Source: Kolpuevirus sp. 'frurule'
Strand: one strand, 5' to 3'
Sequence record: OQ198718.1
DNA: 40,000 bases
The notes under the pieces were generated by a model. That model did no database searches. It saw only the letters and a list, made by a program, of their open reading frames with translations, and was not told where the DNA came from. The translations under genes were made by a program, and so were the position numbers. Below are positions 28,424 to 36,979 of the stretch, one piece after another (position 1 is the stretch's first letter; each line of letters begins with the position of its first letter).

Positions 28424-28777
28424 TTAAATAAGTTTTAATGCTTGTTTCAATCCTTCCTCAAGAGCTTCCTCATAAGTAAGACAATCCTTAGTTTGTTCCT
28501 GAAGCACTCTGGTTTTATCATAGATATTACAATAATAACACTCTAACTCTGTAAAATCTACATCAATTATTAGTACAAGCATCTTCTCATCTCTTAACCA
28601 TTGTTGGGCAGATGATTGAGTAGGAGCATCTACTACATCTCCTAATGGACAATTGAGCATCCCATTGTACACTTGCAGTTTACCTTTGAAGTCATAGTAA
28701 TGTCTACACAATTCATCTCTATAACCTTTTTCTTTCAACAGCCTTGCTGTCTCCAGAGATACTATAGTTTCTATCAT
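28424..28777 (-). CDS. Hypothetical protein
   Basis: 117 aa ORF adjacent to neighbour. Confidence 0.5.
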   Translation of the reverse strand: MIETIVSLETARLLKEKGYRDELCRHYYDFKGKLQVYNGMLNCPLGDVVDAPTQSSAQQWLRDEKMLVLIIDVDFTELECYYCNIYDKTRVLQEQTKDCLTYEEALEEGLKQALKLI

Positions 28778-28796
28778 ATTTATTAGTTATTTAGTT

Positions 28797-28850
28797 TAAA
28801 AGAAAATACCAGATGTTTGATTACCTGTAATCAGCAGGAACATCTGGTAT
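28797..28850 (-). terminator. Candidate rho-independent terminator
   Basis: - strand ATACCAGATGTT ... AACATCTGGTAT stem (12 bp) followed by TTTTCTTTT. Confidence 0.65.
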
Positions 28851-28965
28851 TAATAGTAGTCTATCAGCCAACACAACCGTTCTTATTGAATCTACTAAAG
28901 TAACTTTGCTAGTGCAAGAGGTTACAATCCTTCATGGGTGAAAGTTAGTGTATATAAAACCATCG

Positions 28966-29039
28966 TACTCCTTATAAGACTCGAACTTATGACCTACTCA
29001 TTAGAAGTGAGTTGCTCTATCCAACTGAGCTAAAGGAGC
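28966..29039 (-). tRNA. tRNA-Arg (anticodon TCT)
   Basis: GCTCCTT/AAGGAGT acceptor, GCTC/GAGC D stem, ACTCA-CTTCTAA-TGAGT anticodon arm, ATAAG-TTCGAGT-CTTAT T arm; no encoded CCA. Confidence 0.88.
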
Positions 29040-29096
29040 ATATGTAACCATGTTTCACAACATAGCTACATCAATTTAATTTAACCTATTATATGC

Positions 29097-29540
29097 CTAA
29101 AACAACAACTTCAATTCATCTCCTAACAAGTCAGCTGCATCTTTAGCATCTTGTGCCTTTTGAAAGTACACAACACCTGCATATTGTGCAGTCTCATGCC
29201 TAAGAATTGCAAGGTTATCACCTAGCTTTGTTACTATTGGACCATGTGAGGTGACTTTACCAATGAAATAACCAATTCTACCAGCTTCCATCTTCCAATC
29301 ACCATTATAGTATTTAGCCATAATAGCTAATTTGTGGAGTGTGTCCCATTTACCTCTTTCTGAATAAGGTAATTCACATGCAATCTTGATAAGGCTTATC
29401 TGACCCTTCATGTATTCATAACCAGCCAGTTCATTTTCAGAGTAAGCTTTTAATGCAATCTCTCTAAGAGCTTTGTTATTACTCTTATACCATTCTCTTG
29501 CTTCTTGAAGAGATATGGTGATATTTCTTTTTTCTTCCAT
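29097..29540 (-). CDS. Paralogous hypothetical family, member 2
   Basis: MEEKRNITISLQEAREWYKSNNKALREIALKAYSENEL, AKYYNGDW, IGYFIGKV. Confidence 0.7.
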   Translation of the reverse strand: MEEKRNITISLQEAREWYKSNNKALREIALKAYSENELAGYEYMKGQISLIKIACELPYSERGKWDTLHKLAIMAKYYNGDWKMEAGRIGYFIGKVTSHGPIVTKLGDNLAILRHETAQYAGVVYFQKAQDAKDAADLLGDELKLLF

Positions 29541-29665
29541 ATTATTTAATTATTTAATTATTTAATTATTTATTTATAGATTAAAGAAAAATGTAACAGT
29601 CTATATTCACATACTGACTGTTACTGTCAAACATTTATCAAACAAGAATCAATTGCTCTATGAAG

Positions 29666-30136
29666 TTATTCAAATAACTCTCTGATTGCATGATGACCTA
29701 ATATCTTACATGCCTTTAGTAAGTCAAAATGAGACTTAAAGTACACAGTTCCTTCACATATTGCATTGTAAGAGGCTACTTTAATTATGTAGTCATCAGT
29801 AGTAACCATATTAAGAAAAGAAGGAGTAGTAAATTCACATTTTGGTACTTTCTGTAGATAGTAACCAATATCTCCTATTTTCTTTTCCCAGCCTTTATTA
29901 AAATAATGAGCTAAAGTAACAAGGTCTATGTGAGTTTCCGCTTTACGTTTTTCCTTTGTGGGGATATACTTTCCCATCATAGAAATCTGTAGCTTGTTTC
30001 TAATGCTATCAAGAGCTTCTTCTTCAAGTTCTTCTTTAGAGTAAGCACTTAAAGCCAATGTTTTAAGAGTTTCATTGTCACTATTAATCCACTCTCTTGC
30101 TTGTTCAATAGTAATCTTAACACTTCTTTCTTCCAT
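29666..30136 (-). CDS. Paralogous hypothetical family, member 3
   Basis: MEERSVKITIEQAREWINSDNETLKTLALSAYSKEEL, AHYFNKGWEKKIGDIGYYLQKV. Confidence 0.7.
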   Translation of the reverse strand: MEERSVKITIEQAREWINSDNETLKTLALSAYSKEELEEEALDSIRNKLQISMMGKYIPTKEKRKAETHIDLVTLAHYFNKGWEKKIGDIGYYLQKVPKCEFTTPSFLNMVTTDDYIIKVASYNAICEGTVYFKSHFDLLKACKILGHHAIRELFE

Positions 30137-30140
30137 ATTT

Positions 30141-30509
30141 CTAATCTTTATCTGTTAATACTAACACAGGTTGATAACCTTGTTTATACAGAATAGTAGG
30201 TTCATACTCATCCATTAGTCTGTCTCTATCTTCTAATGGTGCTTTTAATATGAGTATTACAGCAGACATAGTTTCCCAATCCATAGATATAACCTGATTA
30301 TTCCATTCACAATCAGGATCAGTATATATTATCCAATACACATAACCTCTCTTTGATTGAGCACCATGATACTCTACTACACTTGAAGGATTAAAGGTAG
30401 CATAGTTCCATGTATCATCAGGTTCAGTGTATCTAACAATAGGCTCAAACTTCACACAAGCACTGAGTGCTACAGTTAGAAGTAGTATTGATAATAGCTT
30501 TAGTTTCAT
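30141..30509 (-). CDS. Putative lipoprotein
   Basis: Signal peptide and lipobox MKLKLLSILLLTVALSAC. Confidence 0.65.
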   Translation of the reverse strand: MKLKLLSILLLTVALSACVKFEPIVRYTEPDDTWNYATFNPSSVVEYHGAQSKRGYVYWIIYTDPDCEWNNQVISMDWETMSAVILILKAPLEDRDRLMDEYEPTILYKQGYQPVLVLTDKD

Positions 30510-30664
30510 TTCTTATTTCTTTTAATTAGTTTACTAATTGTACCATATTTCTTTCTTAACTCTTTGTTTAACTCATTTATTTCATCAAATATATGTTCAT
30601 TCTTAAAATCTTGAGTAGTCTTTAACAGACCTATATGGTCTATTATTATAGGTGTATTTTTCAT
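30506..30664 (-). CDS. Small ORF, absent from ORF track
   Basis: Manual translation MKNTPIIIDHIGLLKTTQDFKNEHIFDEINELNKELRKKYGTISKLIKRNKK*; overlaps both neighbours by 4 nt. Confidence 0.5.
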   Translation of the reverse strand: MKNTPIIIDHIGLLKTTQDFKNEHIFDEINELNKELRKKYGTISKLIKRNKK

Positions 30665-30885
30665 TTTATAGTGTCTCCTACTTGATATTGATTAATCTGA
30701 GATCTTAATGCCCATACTTTGACATATTTATATTTCATAGTATTAACATCAAAATACTTGAGTAATACCCTATTTTCATTAATAAAATACTTCTTTGCAA
30801 CTATATAACCTTTATAGTTTTCAAGAGGTTCTGCACATGAGATGAATAATATCATCCCAAGTGCAAATATTAATAACTTCTTCAT
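30661..30885 (-). CDS. Putative small lipoprotein
   Basis: MKKLLIFALGMILFISCAEP signal peptide and lipobox. Confidence 0.6.
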   Translation of the reverse strand: MKKLLIFALGMILFISCAEPLENYKGYIVAKKYFINENRVLLKYFDVNTMKYKYVKVWALRSQINQYQVGDTIK

Positions 30886-31103
30886 ATAACTCTATTTAGT
30901 TTAAACTCTTCAAGTTTCTTAATCAAACCTTCTTCAAATCTCTCAAGAGGTGAGAGAGTTTTAGGTATAGAAGTAGTGCTAATCATAAGAAATAACTTAC
31001 TGTTATTATCATGATTCTCTTTGAGCATAGCTTTATGAGCTTTCTTTGATGAGCTGTAGTTCTCTGAGGATGCAATACATGCTCTGTTTATTCTTTTTCT
31101 CAT
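30882..31103 (-). CDS. Hypothetical protein
   Basis: 73 aa, 4-nt overlap with neighbour. Confidence 0.45.
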   Translation of the reverse strand: MRKRINRACIASSENYSSSKKAHKAMLKENHDNNSKLFLMISTTSIPKTLSPLERFEEGLIKKLEEFKLNRVI

Positions 31104-31376
31104 TTGAAATGTTATTTGTTAATTGTTATATTATAAAGAAATAGAGTAAGCGCATTATATTGTTATTATGCTATTACATGACCTCATGAGTCACTCTTTC
31201 TCTTACTCTATTAATTGATGGTGCTACTCTTAATTCCATCATTGTGTATCACGTAGTAGCCTACGCATTTCACATATCCAACTTGTGAAATGATGTTCCG
31301 TACTCTTATATTTGCACTAGACTTTGTTTAAAAGTTGATGCCTCTTTATTAAAGTGTAGTGTGGATTAGAACAGAG

Positions 31377-31458
31377 AAGTTGAGAGAGGAGTCGAACCTC
31401 TATTACTAGTCACTTTCTCCATTTATAACTAGTGTTCTAACCATTAAACTACTCAACT
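31377..31458 (-). tRNA. Atypical tRNA-like gene, isotype not assignable
   Basis: AGTTGAG/CTCAACT acceptor, TA at 8-9, GTTT/GAAC D stem, AGAGG-TTCGACT-CCTCT T arm; CTAGT/ACTAG stem closes a 17-nt loop instead of 7 nt. Confidence 0.55.
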
Positions 31459-32239
31459 TGCTTAACTTGCAATGAGGTTTTTACTAGGGGAATATATCTA
31501 TTCCCTTCTAATTATTGTAGTTGTATCTAATCAATCTAACATAACTTTACCACGGTCACATTACCTGGATTTTTTCTATCTATACCTTTACTCTCTAATT
31601 AAGTTAACAGTACTCATTTTGGAATTCCCACTAAGTATTATTGATATTTCAGTCCTGCTTACTAATCTCAACACAGTCCTCTATTCGTTATGACATCTGC
31701 TTAATTAAATTTCATGCGGCTTATATTAAAAGATAGATTATAACTACTGTCTGTCTCATGTGCTATCATATTATATTATATTTGTTCTTTATGTTTCTGA
31801 TAGATTTAGCCCTCTATCTAATGTTATCAACTACTGTTATTCATTGATTAACTAGGCATAATTGTTCATTGGATTTACACTATGTGTCATTGTAGAAACC
31901 TGAATAATAAATTTATTATCCCTAAGGTTTCAGGGTTTATAAATAAACTAAGTTAGCTATAAAGTGACTAAATTCTTGTTGAATTAGTCATGTTTTCTAT
32001 CTTTTGATGACACAATACAGCCAATTGTTATGGCAAATAGGGCTATTATAGTCCAAATTATGTCACTTGTGAATGAAGGTTCTAATAGATTCATCAGTAA
32101 ATACAGTTATTAATTTGCCAATCAGTTGCTTATGTCAAATGTGAAAAAAGAGGTGTAAAGTGGGGATATGTTTCAGATACTCAGCCACTTACACCTCTTT
32201 ATTAAACTATTACTTCAAGTAAATTTAGCGCATTTAGCG

Positions 32240-32521
32240 TTAAATTTTAACTCTTAGTATATCAGACTCTCCTTCTTTCTCAAGAGTCAATAACTGTGCT
32301 TTACTCAGATCAACTGAGTCTCCAACACCAACAGTAGCATCATTACTTAATGCAATGTACTTGTTACCACCAGACTTCATAAAGAAGCAAACTGAATTAC
32401 CATAGGATGAAGGCACAACCTCAGCTTTAGATACTGCGTTAATCTCTTCTTCTTCAAACTTTCTACTTGATTTGAGACTCCATTTACCAGCGTAAGTTCT
32501 TAATGTTCCAAAAATGTTCAT
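32240..32521 (-). CDS. 93-aa paralogous protein, copy A
   Basis: MNIFGTLRTYAGKWSLKSSRKFEEEEINAVSKAEVVPSSYGNSV...DLSKAQLLTLEKEGESDILRVKI. Confidence 0.75.
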   Translation of the reverse strand: MNIFGTLRTYAGKWSLKSSRKFEEEEINAVSKAEVVPSSYGNSVCFFMKSGGNKYIALSNDATVGVGDSVDLSKAQLLTLEKEGESDILRVKI

Positions 32522-32603
32522 AATGCTAAATTTTAAATGTTAATGTAATATGTTAATTATGACTCTCCAACATAGCAATAACTCATGCAGAGTGTCAAGA
32601 GCT

Positions 32604-32620
32604 AAGGAGGAGTAATGAGC
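32604..32620. repeat. Recurrent intergenic motif, copy 1
   Basis: AAGGAGGAGTAATGAGC. Confidence 0.55.
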
Positions 32621-32783
32621 TTTGCTTTTAACTTTTAGCTTATTTATTGTTGCTAACAGATGTCAGCCGAAGGCTGACTAGCCTGAAGGCTGACCTTAAA
32701 ATCTTAAACCTTAAAATCTTATTAATCTAATGATGAGAGTAACCAAAACTTTATCTTATTAAATCTTTGATTAATCAGATACT

Positions 32784-32800
32784 AGGGAGGAGTAATGAGC
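32784..32800. repeat. Recurrent intergenic motif, copy 2
   Basis: AGGGAGGAGTAATGAGC. Confidence 0.55.
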
Positions 32801-33333
32801 ACTACTTTTTATTAGTTTCTCCTACCTTTAAACACCCATTAACTACTATTTAACTACTAGTTAACATGATTAATGTACTATTTGATTTAAAGAACTATAT
32901 ATATTTAACTTAAAGAACACACTACTTCATTTCATTGAAACTATGCCTCTCATTTCATAGGAGTTTGAAAAGTGTGACTAATATAGTATATATATATATA
33001 TATATAATTAAATATGTTCTTATTTTAGTCACGAGTTTTGAGTTTATGCACTCAAATTTATTGCTTCTACCAGACAATTAAAAAAGAAAGTGAGGTTAGA
33101 CCTCACTTAATCTCTCACTATAAACAATGATGCTATAGCTAATAAACCTATTATACTCCACATAATATTAATGTATTTAATGATTAAAACTTAAAAGAGT
33201 AGACTATAATAATAGTCTACTCATAATTCTCACTCTTTATTCACATACCATTCAGCTATTACTAGCATAAGAATGATTAAGGGAACTACAATAGTGCAGA
33301 ACCCTATAAAGATCATAGTACTTGGGTCCATGA

Positions 33334-33615
33334 TTAACATCTAATTCTCAAGATGTCATCCTCACCCTCCTTTTCAAGGGTTAACAATGTAGCCTTAGAC
33401 AAGTCAATGACTTCACCTACTGCACTAGCAGCATCACTACTACATGCAATATAAGTCTGACCACCAGCCTTCATAGTAAACATGACTGAGTTACCATAAC
33501 TAGATGGAACTACTACAGCTTGTTTAACTGCGTTGATTTCCTCAGCATCAAATGCTCTTTCAGATTTAACACTCCATTTACCTGCATAAGTTTTCAATGT
33601 ACTAAAGATATTCAT
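33334..33615 (-). CDS. 93-aa paralogous protein, copy B
   Basis: MNIFSTLKTYAGKWSVKSERAFDAEEINAVKQAVVVPSSYGNSV...DLSKATLLTLEKEGEDDILRIRC. Confidence 0.75.
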   Translation of the reverse strand: MNIFSTLKTYAGKWSVKSERAFDAEEINAVKQAVVVPSSYGNSVMFTMKAGGQTYIACSSDAASAVGEVIDLSKATLLTLEKEGEDDILRIRC

Positions 33616-33670
33616 AATGTTTGTGTGGTTAACCTATACACCACAAGGTTCTAATGTTAATTCAAAATCA

Positions 33671-33686
33671 AAGGAGGAGTAATGAG
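33671..33686. repeat. Recurrent intergenic motif, copy 3
   Basis: AAGGAGGAGTAATGAG, directly after a - strand stop codon. Confidence 0.55.
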
Positions 33687-33905
33687 TTATAATACATCAC
33701 ATAAGTCCAATAAACAACTACTGGCTTCATCTATGGTCCACACTTCATTAATAAAATGTGCAATACATATTCTATCTTGCACTAGGACTACTGCTTTATC
33801 TTCAACTACTTTTAGTTCCAAAGCACTTAATGTTAAGTTAGCTTCTGGATAATACACTGTACAAATTGATCTCATAATGATAATTATTAAAGGGTTAATA
33901 TTCAA
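33687..33905 (-). CDS. Hypothetical small protein
   Basis: 72 aa as listed (TTG start); an internal ATG (MRSICTVYYPEANL) may be the true start. Confidence 0.4.
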   Translation of the reverse strand: MNINPLIIIIMRSICTVYYPEANLTLSALELKVVEDKAVVLVQDRICIAHFINEVWTIDEASSCLLDLCDVL

Positions 33906-33910
33906 ATATA

Positions 33911-33926
33911 AAGGAAGAGTAATGAG
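33911..33926. repeat. Recurrent intergenic motif, copy 4
   Basis: AAGGAAGAGTAATGAG, directly after a - strand stop codon. Confidence 0.5.
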
Positions 33927-34112
33927 TTAGTAGTTATACCATTCACTATATTCATCACTACCTGATGTAGTATCTATGTACTCAGGATAGTTATTCTCCA
34001 AAACTTTAATGTATGCTCTAGCAGTATCAACTCTGTTAGTTTGATAGTTCAATGCTATGAGAGTTAGCACTAAGACTAGTGCTAATGTACAGATGATTAG
34101 ATTCTTGTTCAT
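33927..34112 (-). CDS. Small single-TM protein
   Basis: MNKNLIICTLALVLVLTLIALNYQ. Confidence 0.45.
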   Translation of the reverse strand: MNKNLIICTLALVLVLTLIALNYQTNRVDTARAYIKVLENNYPEYIDTTSGSDEYSEWYNY

Positions 34113-34614
34113 GATTTAAATGTTTTTAGTTATTAATTCAAATACTATGGAATAGTAATAAGCAGTCTCTCATAAAACATGAGGGGGGACTATCCCAAAG
34201 TTCAAAGTCAATGGGGGTGTAATGAGTGATTACTCCCCACACTTATACACCAAAATAAAATTTTAAAATTAGAAAACACTCTCATTTATACACCAAAAAA
34301 TAAAAAAAAAATAAAATTTAAAAATAATTCAATTGTATATTTATATGCATCAAGGATGTATTTTGGTGGACAAGCCACTTAACTCTAACCTTCAAGTGAA
34401 GTTATTCTATTGATGCTTAGTGACTTGACATTTATTAACTATAGATATTTGTGTGTCTCAACTATTTTACATACCTTTGCAGAGTGATTGATGGAACAAT
34501 AATTCATAATGTAAGAGCTTTTAAAGAAAAATGGGATGATTGGATTTCATGTTTCCACACTACTCTGGTTTGTGAAAATAGGAGTAGTTTTCTTTTAAAT
34601 TAAATAGTTGTAAT

Positions 34615-34935
34615 ATGCTTGTAGACCCTAATAAATGTGTTATCTTTAATCATTCTATAATAGAAGAGAAAGAAGATACACTAGAAGAGAAGAAGTTAAA
34701 GAGGTTAATTAATCTCAGAGATAAGTGTGATGACAGGTATGGTATATTAACTATATATTCATTAATAGCATTGTTAGCTGTTTTAGTTAATGCAATGTTA
34801 CAGGGAATACCATTGTATTTGAAGTATTTAGTGTTAATTCCTATATCACTTTCAATACCTCTGGGTATTTATTTAGTAGGAGTAGGGTTCTTGATTTATA
34901 GTAAGTATTTAGATAAAAAGATAAGGAAGTTATGA
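34615..34935 (+). CDS. Membrane protein
   Basis: Two hydrophobic segments (YSLIALLAVLVNAML, YLVLIPISLSIPLGIYLVGVGFLIY); first + strand gene. Confidence 0.6.
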   Translation: MLVDPNKCVIFNHSIIEEKEDTLEEKKLKRLINLRDKCDDRYGILTIYSLIALLAVLVNAMLQGIPLYLKYLVLIPISLSIPLGIYLVGVGFLIYSKYLDKKIRKL

Positions 34936-35255
34936 AAGTAGTAGTAGAAGATAAGAATAGAATTAAAGAGGTAGTATTTAAGTATCCTCATCTAATGAGT
35001 GGTACTGCTGCTAATGATATTAAGGAAGAGTATTATGATATACTTGAACTTGAAGAAGAGTTAGACAAATACAGGAATCATGTTAGATTACTAGAGTCTA
35101 CAATCCTAGAAAAGAAGAAAGAGTTTATTAGTAAATCTGAACTATTCTCTTTAGTATTTGAGACTAAAGAAGAGGAGCAAGTAGATAGGGTTACAGTTAA
35201 TGGTGCTGTTATTAATCCTACTGATGCAAGTAATAAGAATTATGGATTGAAATAG
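34932..35255 (+). CDS. Hypothetical protein
   Basis: 107 aa, 4-nt overlap with upstream ORF. Confidence 0.6.
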   Translation: MKVVVEDKNRIKEVVFKYPHLMSGTAANDIKEEYYDILELEEELDKYRNHVRLLESTILEKKKEFISKSELFSLVFETKEEEQVDRVTVNGAVINPTDASNKNYGLK

Positions 35256-35264
35256 TATATAGAT

Positions 35265-35336
35265 TGCTCTATAGCTTAATGGATAAAGCAACAGATTTCT
35301 AATCTGTGTATCTGAGTTCGATTCTCAGTAGAGTAA
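35265..35336 (+). tRNA. tRNA-Arg (anticodon TCT)
   Basis: TGCTCTA/TAGAGTA acceptor, GCTT/AAGC D stem, ACAGA-TTTCTAA-TCTGT, CTGAG-TTCGATT-CTCAG. Confidence 0.85.
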
Positions 35337-35446
35337 CTAAATACAGATGAAGATAGACAAATTTAACTGAAAAAGATTACTTAGTATTTGCTAACTGTAG
35401 GCTAGCAAGGTTAGTGTAAGAATAGTAATTAAAGTAGGGTATATTT

Positions 35447-35513
35447 GAAGATGGATTCTATCTAGTTAAGAAAGGTACAGCTTAACTCACAGGTTCAAAT
35501 CCTGTCATCTGCA
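35447..35513 (+). tRNA. Atypical tRNA-like element
   Basis: GAAGATG/CATCTGC acceptor-like pairing (one mismatch), ACAGG-TTCAAAT-CCTGT T arm; interior dominated by AGTTAAG-AAAGGTACAG-CTTAACT hairpin, no canonical D arm. Confidence 0.45.
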
Positions 35514-35618
35514 CAAAAGGTTTTTCTTTTTGATAAAACATTTACTAACTTAGAGTACTATGAGTTAATGAATGGTTTTCTTTTACCTTGGCATTAAGAT
35601 AAAAGCAAAACTCACATT

Positions 35619-35690
35619 GGAATGAAGCTTAAGTGGTATAAGCAACAGACTGTTAATCTGAAGATAGTAGGTTCAAGTCCTATCATTCCA
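35619..35690 (+). tRNA. tRNA-Asn (anticodon GTT)
   Basis: GGAATGA/TCATTCC acceptor, CAGA-CTGTTAA-TCTG anticodon arm, GTAGG-TTCAAGT-CCTAT T arm. Confidence 0.85.
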
Positions 35691-35902
35691 GCATAACATA
35701 TTAACTTCAAATTTATATTGTTATGAAAAGAGTTCTTAATTTAGTAAAGAAAGCAGTTAAAGCATATTGTGAATTAGCTGCACAGAACTATGCATGGAGA
35801 TATACTGGTAACACATTTATCTCTAATGAATAGTTGATAATTTAAGAGACTGGGTTGAGCAAATTGCTCTTCCCAATTAATAGTTGAAGTTAAGTTAATA
35901 TT

Positions 35903-35983
35903 GGAGTATAATCAGTAATTGGTAGCTGGGGGGACTGTAAATCCCTTCTCTCTGAGACTGGGGGTTCGAGTCCCTCTACTCCA
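35903..35983 (+). tRNA. tRNA-Tyr (anticodon GTA), long variable arm
   Basis: GGAGTA/TACTCC acceptor, GGGGA-CTGTAAA-TCCCT anticodon arm, TTCGAGT T loop. Confidence 0.87.
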
Positions 35984-36083
35984 ACTTAGATTTTTTTTTC
36001 ATTGACAAGGAAAAAATAATATGCAAATTGCTTGTATATATGAAATAAAATACATACCTTTGTAACATCAAAATAAGAGATAT

Positions 36084-36530
36084 ATGGATAGTTTATTAAT
36101 ACCTATAGATGACTTTAATGATAGTCCAAGTAATTCAGAATTAACCTTCTTCACTACATTCATTAGTGTACTGGAAGGAATTAAAACTAGAATTAAGAAC
36201 TTACATTGGGCATCAGAGAAGTTAAATATTAGAGATAAAAGAGGTGCTCATTTATACTTAGATGAGTTCTTAGATGCAGTAATTGATTATCAGGATAAAC
36301 TGGCTGAAAGTTGTCAAGGTATTCTAGGTTCAATGAGTACTACAGCTATTAGTGGAACTCCATTTGTAGCTAATAATCCAGCAGAGTTAATGACATACTG
36401 TAGAGAGAAGACATTAAACTTCTATAATAACTTGCCTAGTAGTACAGTCTATGCAGGTATTAAATCAGAGACAGAAGTATTGATACTTAATATCAATAAG
36501 TACACATTCTTATTTAGATTAACTGAGTAG
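36084..36530 (+). CDS. Hypothetical helical protein, possibly Dps/ferritin-like
   Basis: TRIKNLHWASEKLNIRDKRGAHLYLDEFLDAVIDYQDKLAE: H/E/D-containing helix pattern; fold is a guess. Confidence 0.6.
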   Translation: MDSLLIPIDDFNDSPSNSELTFFTTFISVLEGIKTRIKNLHWASEKLNIRDKRGAHLYLDEFLDAVIDYQDKLAESCQGILGSMSTTAISGTPFVANNPAELMTYCREKTLNFYNNLPSSTVYAGIKSETEVLILNINKYTFLFRLTE

Positions 36531-36716
36531 TGCACTTGATTACTATATGTCTTCATACTGCACTTTAAAATAAAGAAGTTACTAAAAGCTGCTATTCATT
36601 CAGTGACAGAGTAACACTCTATGCTACAATGAATCTCATTAGAGGTAGATGATAGAGGGTTCCAGCTAAGCAGATACTGGAGAAAGAGGAGTACCAATAG
36701 CAAATCTCCTCAAACT

Positions 36717-36786
36717 TGCAAGGAGGATTGGTATCCCACAATGACTCATAACCATTGCTAAGTAGATTCGATTTCTACCCTTGCAA
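36717..36786 (+). tRNA. tRNA-like gene, probable CAT (Met) anticodon, reduced D arm
   Basis: TGCAAGG/CCTTGCA perfect 7-bp acceptor, CAATGA-CTCATAA-CCATTG arm, GTAGA-TTCGATT-TCTAC T arm. Confidence 0.65.
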
Positions 36787-36807
36787 CATGATTAAAGTAA
36801 AAGTAAT

Positions 36808-36969
36808 ATGGCAATGGAAGTAGAAGCTAAAGAAACTTATATGGAAGCTATTTATAAACCTACTGTAAGAGGAATAATTCAAGCTGTCAATGAGTTGGAG
36901 ATTAAGAAAGAACAGATAGTTACACTTATTAAACAAGGTGAACAGTATGTTCTAGTGTATTACAAATAA
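36808..36969 (+). CDS. Small ORF, absent from ORF track
   Basis: Manual translation MAMEVEAKETYMEAIYKPTVRGIIQAVNELEIKKEQIVTLIKQGEQYVLVYYK*. Confidence 0.5.
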   Translation: MAMEVEAKETYMEAIYKPTVRGIIQAVNELEIKKEQIVTLIKQGEQYVLVYYK

Positions 36970-36979
36970 CTAAGGAAAT

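Noticed and set aside
32984-33008. (TA)n tract as a mobile-element scar or satellite
   Set aside because: Simple dinucleotide repeat in A/T-rich intergenic DNA with no flanking inverted repeats or target duplication seen.
36619-36716. Additional tRNA genes upstream of the CAT tRNA
   Set aside because: Hairpins such as GAGGAG...CTCCTC are present but no acceptor/T-arm combination could be folded by eye.
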